Source: Bugula neritina
Taxonomy: Eukaryota; Animalia; Bryozoa
Reading direction: 5' to 3'
NCBI GenBank assembly: GCA_964035545.1
Contig: OZ037765.1
Location: 5,652,698 to 5,716,697 of the forward strand
Length of the DNA stretch: 64,000 nucleotides
Shown here piece by piece: positions 1 through 15,800 of the stretch; within the stretch, counting starts at the first letter, position 1, and each line of letters begins with the position of its first letter. The notes under the pieces were generated by a model. The model searched no databases and was not told the origin of the DNA. It worked only from the letters and a program-made list of their open reading frames with translations. The position numbers and the translations under genes were made by a program.

Positions 1-46
1 TCTTTCTTTCTACTACTCTCTGTTATTTATACCTTATGATGGTTAG

Positions 47-4975
<4,929 letters not shown>

Positions 4976-5089
4976 GTACTGAGACTTGTATTAACTAGTG
5001 TACTATTGTAAATCTTTGTATAAAAGTGTTAGATTTTTTTTCTTTTCTATGCTGTTTCCAGCTCACTGCAATCCGTCAGTGAAATAAGT

Positions 5090-5724
5090 TTAGTTGTTTT
5101 CTCTGCATGTGCCTCTGCCAGCCCATAGGTTCCAGCCCTTGATACCGAACCCTGGCGCTGCCTCACACTTCAGGCCAGGTTCACATCTCGGAGGCTTGGC
5201 TTCTGGGCCAGGCCATCGAAGCAAGTCAAAGTGACATATTTCTCCCAGTTGCTTTGGAAAAAGAAATGTAAAAATAAAACATAATATTATAATTAAATTT
5301 CTTGGTATTTTTTGTTAATTCAACTAATCATTTCCAGAAAGCTCAGTGTTTCCTTGTTGTGATACAAAACTGATGAACCCTCTACTTTTAATTCGAAACA
5401 CGAGTAACCAACCACCTAAATATTTGAAACTCATATCCACTGGCATATTTTGCAATCATGTAATACATAATGGGTACTTGGAAATATACGTTCATTGTAT
5501 GCAAGCCTCAAAAACCATCAAATTTTAACTAAGTGGATCTCAGCTGTAAATATTTTACTCACCTGAGCACAAACGTTTTCTCCACACACTCCTTCTCCGT
5601 ACAATACGGACCCAGCACATTCGGGAATCAGCTTTGTGTTTACATCACTGCAATCTGATAGAATTACTCCTTCGGCATTGGCTACTAGCAGCACTGCCGT
5701 TACGGAACACCACAGTATATACAT
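5090..5724 (-). CDS. Small secreted Cys-rich protein, single IGFBP-domain / neuroparsin-like, 107 aa; exons 5724-5563 and 5251-5090
   Basis: Signal-peptide-like MYILWCSVTAVLLVANAEG. Exon 1 ends CGENVCAQ|gtgagt. Exon 2 (aag acceptor) reads QLGEICHFDLLRWPGPEAKPPRCEPGLKCEAAPGFGIKGWNLWAGRGTCRENN*. The CA..LGE.C...C.PGL.C...G.C pattern is IGFBP N-domain-like. Confidence 0.75.
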
Positions 5725-6850
5725 GTTCTACTGCTGTTTGCTTCTAACCTACTTCCGTCTTCAAATGTGTTTGGTGCATCTGTGCTCTCACATGAAATAT
5801 AATAATATTATCGGGCCTTCTCATAGATAACTTATGGGAGTTAATGGCTGATAACTAGTTTGTAAATAAATCACTTCAACTCCCATCGAGTGATGCAATA
5901 ACAAGTGTGTTTATGATAAATTGATCAACAAATTGACACAACCCAGTGCTAGCTACTTATGAATTTTTACAATAATTGACCATGTACCTAATGCAATTGT
6001 CATGAACAAGTGTTGAATATTTGTAGTGTCGGCTATTGGCATTTTTATACCTTCTCAGCCAGGCAACACGTGTAGCAATTGTTACCAACATGAAATTATA
6101 TTATATACTTTTAATTCTATTCATGATTTTGTATAAACATATCTTTTGCCATGACCAGTCTGTGCTGCAAAGTGTTATGTTACACATAGGAATTAATGCA
6201 GCCAATACAAAGTATTACCTAATTAAAAAAATATAACATGCATATCACTCGTAATAATATACCAATTAGCATTTATAATTGATAGGACATTTTTACAGCC
6301 GCAGTTCTTTTGTAAATCTAGTTGAGCAAGCTTCTTGGAAGATATACTTCTTCTACTTTGTATTATTATTATTAAGCAAAGAATTCATGAAAGTTTGTAT
6401 ATAAGGTAATTCCTTAATTTTCACTAGCAAGCAAGGCCAGTAAAATAAACTAGATCTGCCCTCTTGAACCGGTTTTTTTTAAATAGTTAAATCATTTATT
6501 GTACTGCAACCACATAATAAATATTATGCCGACAGCTAAATATTGGAATATACATCGACTATTTGATGATTGCAGCAAGTTAGAGCATATAATAATACTA
6601 TAATATGCTATTGTGTACATGTAGATTTGTCCTGAGCCCCAAGGTGTATGAAAATATAACGAGTTGTCTTTTCTAAGGCACCATTGAAGATTATGGGCTC
6701 GCTGTTTCTACATGCATAGCAAAAGTTTAAAAACAATCTACAGTTATCGACGGTCCAACGGAAGCACATTAATACATACAGCTTCTCGTCGACTCTCAAC
6801 TATCTATGAAATCATGGCTTACCTAACAGCCAACGTCAACACAAATTAAA

Positions 6851-9800
6851 ATGACAAACTCACAAAACTGTTTTCACCATCACAAAGGTTTTTCAACAGA
6901 ACCCAAACCTAGCTTTCATGCACTCAGTTCATCATCTAGAATAACTATATATTGTTCGGTTTTGTTAGCATTTGTTATTGGAGTGTTGATTCAGCTGGTA
7001 ATAAACAAGTTCATCACTATCGAACCCGTTGGCGAGTCCAAGTTGAGCAATCGAAATGATCTATTTTCTAGACCCCCTCGTCAACAGGGTCTAGTTAGAT
7101 TTCCTTCAGATGTGTCATGGTTTACGTCTACAGTAACAGTTGTCGATAATAACAATAACGATGATTTAATAGACAGCTCGAAGCCAGTCATCAAATCCCA
7201 CGCAGCTCTTGATGCTAAGGCATTTCAAAATGCTAAGCAAAAACTTCAAGCTAAGACTCAAGGTAAGATCTTTCCTAGTAGCAACGTAGCCTAATAAGTA
7301 CTTGTCGAATGTTTACTTATAAATATTGTGTTTCATATATTTATTTGTGATGAACCAATAACAATAATTAATTAGTATATTATTATTATTATTAATTATA
7401 TTTTAAATTAATATTATATAATTATAATGATAATAATTAACTTTAAGTATAAGATTAAGTATACTTTACTAAGCCTAATATTGTAACACCAATACTAATA
7501 GTCGTGGTACTATCATTAGCCTTAGGTCTAATAGTGTGGTGGCTCGTGGAGCTACCAGCAACACAACACGCAAGGTTGCGTATTGACCCGGAACAATGTA
7601 TTAGCCAATTAGCTAAGCTGTTTGATAAGTAATAGTAGCCGCTTCGCGCTACTAGCTCAGTTGAGGATAGTGCTGTAAACTAAATAGACGTGCGTATCAT
7701 TACTGTTGTACATTGGATTTTTATTATGTATTCTTGTATTAAATATAACGATATCTACTCGACTTAACTGGTGAAGTTTCTCTAGTGTTAAATAGACTCT
7801 CTTGGTGACACATCAACCCTAAATCTAAAAACTATAACAGTGGTGGCAGCAGTGGGATAGTGTATATCAAAGATGGAGACTGAAAATGCTAGAATGCAAC
7901 CACCCCCAGTAGAAGGTGAGCGTAGAAATGCTGTTAATCCTGTGAATCGTGAAGGAGAAGAAGCTTATAGACATTGCTTGAAAGCTCCCACCTTTACTGG
8001 GTCGGAAGATGTCGAACAATTTATACAAGAATTTAGAGAGGTAATGGAAGTTGCTCAATGGCCGCATAGAGTGGCCCTTATCAAATTGCGGAGGGCGGTG
8101 ACGGAGCAAGCCAAGCCGTACGGAGTGGGAACGGACGTAGACGGCATACTGGCTGCGCTGCGGGCCCGTTTTGGCACCTCCGTCATAGACGCCAGGACCA
8201 AGCTGGAGAGATTGTGCCGCACCCCGCGGACCTCGCTACAAGAACATGCCGCGACGGTGAAGAAGCTGGCGCAGATTGCATATAGCGATCTGCCAGCACA
8301 ACACCAAGAGCGTTACACCTATGACGCCTTTGTCCAGTCCCTAAACGACCTGGGCCTAGACCATCACCTACGAGCTAAAGGGATAACCAGAATAGAGGAT
8401 GCCCTGACGGCTGGAGAAGCTTACCTGTTGGCTACCCAAATGCATCGAGCACAACGGAACCCACCAGTAGTTGGAGTCAGCGCTGCTCGGGCTACGACAG
8501 GCTCCGAAGCCCTCCCGCTGGAAGCCGAAGTGGACCGTATGGTAGAGATGCTAGGACAATTGGTGACCATTCTGGCCGGTGCTGGCCCCGGTCAGGCCTT
8601 GCGGATGCCCCCAACACCTGTGGGGCAAGGCTGGAGTAGCGCTGATCAGGACCAGGGACAGAAAGGACGACCCCAATACCAGGGGGCGTTAAACTGTCAC
8701 GGCCCGCGGACACTCTCCCTCCCCGCGGGCCGCAACTAAAGGAGTATGGTGGAACACGCCGTCGTCTGTCCGTACGGACCCGGCGGAACATTCTACCCGA
8801 GTGGCAGGTACCACGCAGGACTAGTAGGCCCGCACAACGGCCTAGTACCTTTTCCCTGCCACTCACTAACCGGTTTCACCGGTTACCTCGGGAGGAGGAG
8901 CCCGCCACTGAAATGGAGCCAGAAGGCCCAGTGGAGAGGCCCAAACCCCGCCGGCACCAACCTCGCCGCCGGAAGCCCCGTAAACCACGGGTGGAACCCC
9001 CGCCGTCCTGTCAAACCAGGACAGCACATGCGGGGGGGGGTGAAAGTACAACCACATGGAGAGAGCTATTTCCTACCCGGAAAGGTGGCCGGCAACGCCG
9101 TCACTTTCCTGCTCGACTCCGGTTGTACTACCAACCTTCTCAGCCGTAGAGTCTTTGAGGCACTGCCCCGCCGGGACAGGGATAGAGTACGACCGTATAC
9201 TGGAGAACATGGCACCCTGGGAGACGGGTCATGTATCCCCTTTTATGGTATTATCGAGCTCCCTGGGCGTGTCCGAGATCAGGCTGTACAGGAGACCTTT
9301 ATCATAGGTCAACTGGAGGAAGATGCTATCCTCGGCATGCCCTTCTTGAAGCAACACCAGTGCCGAATAGATTTTAGTAAGTCGGTGGTGCTGATGGGCG
9401 GGCGAGAACTCGCCTGTGTGGATAAGTTTGGGCGTCCTCTGGTGGGCGGTGTTCAGGTAGTTCGGAACTGCACCGTACCCGGACGCTCCAGAGCTACTAT
9501 CCACTGCCGAGTGAACAGCAACCGGATAGCCAGGCTCGGGGTCGTTGAAAGCGCGCACGAAAAGATCCAACTCGCCAGTAGTCTAAACCGACTAACTGAG
9601 CGAGGGGAGGTCTTAGTGCAGTGCGTCAACCCCTTTACCGAGCCCATTGAGCTCCCAGCTGGGTCAATGCTGGGCCGGTTCCATTCCGTCCAGGAAGAGG
9701 ACGTGGGCCCGTCGCTGGGTGACGCGACGGAGGCACCCCCTCGACACCCTATTCAGGGACGAGGGGCAGTCCCGACACATCTCCGGGAGTTATACGAAAC

Positions 9801-12800
9801 AGCCAGTGGCGGCTGCGCGAGTAACAGAGAACGCCAAGCTATGGCCAAGTTACTACGCGACTACGGTGATGTGTTCAGCAGCGGGGAGAATGACGTGGGA
9901 CTGACTGGAATTGTCAGACACGAAATACCGCTGACTGCAGGGACAGTCCCTGTCCGACAGCCCACGCGCAGGCTGGGGCCGGAGAAAGAGAAGGAGGTTA
10001 GCCGACAAGTACGGGATCTTCTGGACCGGGGACTGATAGAGCCCGCCCATAGTGCGTGGAGCTCGCCAGTCGTACTGGTCCGGAAGAAAGACGGCAGTTG
10101 GCGGTTCTGTGTGGACTACCGCAAACTCAATAGCGTAACCATACAGGACGCCTACCCTCTACCTCGCATTGACGAGTCATTGGACGCCCTAGCCGGCAGC
10201 AAGTACTTCAGTACGTTAGACTTGCTAAGCGGCTATTGGCAGGTTCCTCTGAGTCCCGACGCCCAGGAGAAAGCGGCGTTTATCACACGGGACGGTTTGT
10301 GGAAGTGGAAGGTGCTGCCCTTCGGGTTAACCTCCGCCCCGGCCACCTTCCAGAGGCTGATGGAACAAGTCCTTAGCGGACTCCATTGGAAGACACTGCT
10401 GGTCTACCTCGATGATGTCATCGTAATCTCTCCAGACTTCGAGACACATGTCAGTCGTCTGCAGGAGGTTTTCGAGAGACTCCGAGGTGCCGGTCTTAAG
10501 CTCAAACCTTCCAAGTGCGCTCTATTGCAGCCGGAGGTCAAGTACCTGGGGCACGTTGTCGGTCGAAACGGCGTGGCAACGGATCCCGAAAAGGTACGGG
10601 CAGTAGAAGACTGGGTCACCCCCCAAGACTTGACCGGACTCCGGGCTTTCTTGGGGCTGGTAGGGTATTATAGGCAATACATACCAGACTTTGCGGGCAT
10701 AGCCCAGCCGCTAAACCGGCTTACCGCAAAGGGAGTGACGTGGCAGTGGACTCCAGTCGAACAAGAAGCGTTCGACCGCCTCAAGGGCTGCCTCCTAGCG
10801 GCGCCCATCTTGGCCTACCCAGACCCCACTCTGGAGTACATCCTAGACACAGACGCCAGTGACCAGAATGTTGGCGCTGTGCTGTCGCAAGTGCAGGACG
10901 GCCGAGAAGTAGTAGTAGCCTACTACAGCAAGTCTCTCTCTCCCGCTGAACGAAATTACTGCACTACCCGCAAGGAGCTGCTGGCAGTAATCAAGTCAGT
11001 GAAGCACTTCAGACCATACCTATATGGCAGGAAGTTCCGGCTGCGTACGGATCATGCCTCGCTGATCTGGTTGTGCAGGAGAGCAGAGCCCTCCAGTCAG
11101 GTCGCCCGGTGGCTCGAAATCCTAGCTGAATTCTCGTACCGGATCGAACACCGACCGGGCAAGAGACACAGCAATGCAGATGGGTTGAGTCGCCGACCTG
11201 ACGGAGGTTGTAAACAGTGTCTCAACATCGAGAGGAGGGATGGAGGTCCCCCACGATGCGAGTTGGAGACGCTGGCTCATCACGGAGCACCGTTTGACTG
11301 GGATCAAGGTCAACTCAGGCAAAGAGTTGATGAGTCCCCGGAGGATGTACAAAACCTCCGCGCCAACCCTGTACTGGCCGGTAATGTTCGAGAGCTGAAG
11401 AAGCTCCAAGAAGAGCTGCCGGGAGTCGTGGCAGACATCTACCGGGCCAAAAGGGAAGGGCGACGACCCAGCGAGGAACGCATACGACAGGGATGCGCCG
11501 AGTTCCGGCTATACTGTCAGCGTTGGGACTCGCTGCGGATCGGGCAGGATGGGTTGCTAACCATCTCTCTAGCTGCCAGCGGCAGACACCCGGAAAGGAA
11601 GAGGGTAGTCTGCCCCACAGCCATCCGCCGTGAGTTGATTTGGGATACTCACAAGCAGGCTCACGCAGGGGTCAAGCGAGTGATATCCAAATTACGACTC
11701 CGGTGGTATTGGCCGCAGATGGAGCGTGACGTCCGGCTCAGAGTCAAACAGTGTGAGATCTGCCAGGCCAGTAAGCATAGCCGCCCCCCTGGTGAAGCAG
11801 GACGGCGGAGGCTATATGCTGGTAGGCCCTGGCAAGTGGTCGCTGTAGACCTGGTCGGACCCATGCCCCTGACCCCCAGAGGCAATAATTGGATCCTAGT
11901 ACTAACCGACCACTTTACTAGGTGGGCGGATGCTCTGGCTATCCCAGATGCATCAGCCCCAACAGTGGCCAGGGCACTAGACCAACATGTATTCTGTTAT
12001 TTTGGGCTTCCCGAACAGATACACTCTGATCAAGGCGCTCAATTCCAGTCTCAACTGATGAGCGACCTTTGCCACCTCTGGGGAGTAAATCAGAGCAGGA
12101 CCACCCCCTACCACCCTCAAGGTAACGGGGTGGTGGAGCGCAACAACCGGATGCTAGGTGATGCGCTCCGGAGTCTCCTCCTTGGACGAGGTCAAGAGGA
12201 ATGGGATACGGTGTTGCCGCAAGTCATGCGTGCATACCGTAGCACCCCACACACCAGTACTGGTGAGACCCCAAACCTCTTGATGCTCGGGAGAGAGACT
12301 CGTGTCCCTGACCATCTCACCTATCACGTTCCAGAGCAGGATAACTCAGTCCATGAGTATGCCAGTGAACTAGTGGAACGGATGAAGGCCGCACACGAGA
12401 TACTGCGTCAACAGCAGTGGAAGGTGCGGCACGAAGATTCCGATGAACCACCCCTCTATCAAAGAGGAGATAAGGTGTGGATGGTCAATTACCGTAGGCG
12501 CCGCGGACAGGCTGATAAGCTGAAGCCTAAGTTCGTAGGCCCCTACGTGGTCGTCGAGGCTATGCCCAATCATACGTACAAGATTGAGCGCTCAGGACAG
12601 GTGTCTATCCAGAATGAGTCTCGCTTGAAACCGTATTGGGCTAGCCCTGACGGAGTGGGAGAAGCCCCCCCGTTGTTAGAGCCCAGGAGGCAGACAACGA
12701 CGCGCGGGCGACGGCGGCATGGACCTGAATACGAAGTGGTCATACCGCGGGAGGAAAACTTGGTGAGAGAGGAGCGGCAGTTTTTGTCAACAGAAGCGTG

Positions 12801-15800
12801 TCCGCCACCGCCAAGTCTAATTCCATCACTTCCAGAAACCGAGCCGGTTCCGGAAGTGCAAACCCCCACGGAGGGAGGGGCTCCATCCGGAGAACAAGAA
12901 GAGGTGACCACTAACGGTGAAGTAGAGACGCCATTAGAGGCCCCTACTAACGAACCGACAAGTGTGTCACCCTCCCTAGAGAGGGGACAGCGTACGAGGA
13001 AGCCCCCACCGTATTTGAAAGACTTCATATGTGACTGCATTAGAAGCGGCGCACATGAAAGTCTAGGGGAAAACCGTACGATAAAATGTTGGAGTTGTGA
13101 ACCCCACGCAAATATCAACTTTTGCGAGGGCGGAATAGTGGGAGGAATTAATGCGCGTAAAGCAAATAGTTCCGACCTCGTGCCTCAGAAACGATGCTCA
13201 GCCTTTTCTTATGCTGACATCGCCAAAGGCAGACGTATCTCACAACCAGCTCCAACCTTACCAAGAACGTTGAGTATGGACATTAATACCGAGTTCCCAG
13301 GTAAGCCAGTATAAGTCTTGTATTCCTATTCATGGAAACGGGCTCGATGCCAGTAGATTCTGAACTAATTCAGCAGATTGAATCAGAATTACTGGGAACC
13401 ACGTTTCATGTGAATGACGATGAAGACACTGTAATGGCCGATGGTCTGTTAGACCTGGAGCTAGACACTGTTCTTGGTCAGTCCACACATGATTCATCAG
13501 TTCCCCGAGTGCATTCCAAAAGCAGTGACTCTCAGGCTAGCAACGGTCGACAGTCACTAGAATTAGGTTGTAAAGATCCACCGCGATCTAACACTAATTC
13601 TACTTTTGTAGACACACTCGCGCCCGTCTCTCCGGGCATGCCTTCTCTAGAGATGGCGTGGGACTCAGAGCCAGCCCCAACAACTTCTACCACCAGGAAA
13701 CTGCCACCCCAGTTGGAAGCAACCTCCAACTGGATTACCCCTGCCACAGAGAGAGAGATCAGGACCCATCAAGGAGGTGAGGGTAATCGTGAATGCAACC
13801 TCTGCCAGCAGCGATTCACGACCCACCGCAGACTAAAAGTACACTTGCCGCAACACTACATCACCACTTTCTGCCCTTGCGGAGAATATAGCTACAATCG
13901 TGATTACCTGTTGCGGCACCAACGTACTATGCAGTGTTATCAAGGGCATGTCTATGAAGTAGACGAATCATCCTATCCTGCCTTTCTCAACGCCATCAAA
14001 CCACTCATCACTGACTCAGCTCGGCTATCTCGCCTGGAGCAAGGCTTCCCTTCCCCGCGACCCATCATCTCTAAAGCCGCAGATAAACCTACACAGTCTA
14101 CTAACTCTCCACCTCACAGTCCTATACGCATGCCGCATACCTTTCCTCGTGTCGTACTACAGAGAGTAGACACCAATGCGTATACACTCCCTCCTCCCCT
14201 TCCATCCTCAGAGCGGAAAAGACACAGGCAGCCAACTTCCTCTCGCTCGTCCCCCTGGGCCCGTAACCTACGTGAGGTAGAAGCTAGGGCGCATGACTTG
14301 GAGCAAGAAGTGTACAGGCTGGCCCCACGGGTACAGGCAGCATCCAGTGAACTCAAATACTTACAGGAGTCTATTAAACGCATGAAGCGTGCGGCCCGCA
14401 GTTAACTCGAGTCTACCTACAACTCCCTACTACTCATTCCCCTACCTCTCTGTGGCATTCCCTACCATAATGGTGGCACGTACTCTACATGTAGATAGGA
14501 TCTTCTCTTGCTTATTACTTAGTGCACGTTATATATACCTGTATATTTTTTACCAGTTGTTGTTTTTTTTGTATATACTTTTATACTGTTCTCTTACCCC
14601 CCACAACGAAGTATACGTTTTTTTTATGTGAATCTTATTTTATCAGAAAGTGGGCTTTCTGCTGGAGGGGGCAGTGTGGTGGCTCGTGGAGCTACCAGCA
14701 ACACAACACGCAAGGTTGCGTATTGACCCGGAACAATGTATTAGCCAATTAGCTAAGCTGTTTGATAAGTAATAGTAGCCGCTTCGCGCTACTAGCTCAG
14801 TTGAGGATAGTGCTGTAAACTAAATAGACGTGCGTATCATTACTGTTGTACATTGGATTTTTATTATGTATTCTTGTATTAAATATAACGATATCTACTC
14901 GACTTAACTGGCGAAGTTTCTCTAGTGTTAAATAGACTCTCTTGGTGACACATCAACCCTAAATCTAAAAACTATAACAATAGATCACTAAGCTGATGTC
15001 TCGAACTAACTTTAGCAGTGGCTTATCACTCAGTAGCTTATCATGATCAGACATGATATCATTTTAAATAATTTTAAATTTCTACTTGTCGTTGGTTGCT
15101 GTTAGGTCTTTCACCAGAAATTTGTTTGATAATATGATATTTTTTTGTGACAGAAAGTTTGAAAGCTGAAGCTCATGCCTCTTATAAAGCTGCCATTGAG
15201 ATGATGGATCATGGCAAGAAGGAAAAGGTGAAATTACTATATGCTCACTTGTCATATTTTGAAAAGCAATGTGTATATAATTATATTCTAAGCTATAAGT
15301 AAATTAAGTTATTAACATTCATGCTTGTTAGCAAGTGTAACTAAACTTGCTATTGATTTATAGATATTGTATTACTGTTATAATATGTTACATTGCTTTT
15401 GTAGATGCCCACAGTATAATCGTGGTTCTAATTGCAATTAATAAAATGACAATTATATATCGAGAATGTTATTGTGTTGGAATAATGATTAGCCAAAAAT
15501 ATGTGTATTAAAAAGTAGACTATAGTGTAGTTCATAACCTGTCAAGTTCTTTCTTAGCTGGTATTGCCCCTTGCTTGTAGATATTGTGTTCTAGGAGTCA
15601 CCCAGTAATGTAATTTAAAATTTATTAGAAATTGAAAATTATTTAATTAAATTCAAATGCTAGGAAATATTGTTTTGTTGCTTTTACAATACCATGAAAC
15701 TATTGAAATTATCAAGTTGATGGTTGCCCAGCATTTAAGGGGTTTTGTCGGGTAATAGATCTGTAAAGTTATAAACTTCATGTATGGTTTTTTAATGAAT

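Larger units (their letters stand above)
7535..14979 (+). mobile_element. Full-length Ty3/Gypsy LTR retrotransposon (7445 bp) in FICD intron 1, same orientation as the host gene
   Basis: Two 305-bp TG...CA LTRs, 4-bp TSD ATAG (7531-7534, 14980-14983), PBS, PPT, gag, pol in PR-RT-RH-IN order, plus an extra ORF3. Confidence 0.97.

Noticed and set aside
7645-7700. tRNA-like TAGCTCAGTTG in the LTR
   Set aside because: No B box or cloverleaf follows; only a short A-box resemblance next to a small hairpin.
8492-13747. Multiple antisense ORFs within the Gypsy element
   Set aside because: Expected in GC-rich coding sequence; no recognisable motifs.
13332-14405. env gene
   Set aside because: No signal peptide, fusion peptide or TM anchor; zinc fingers and a coiled coil instead.
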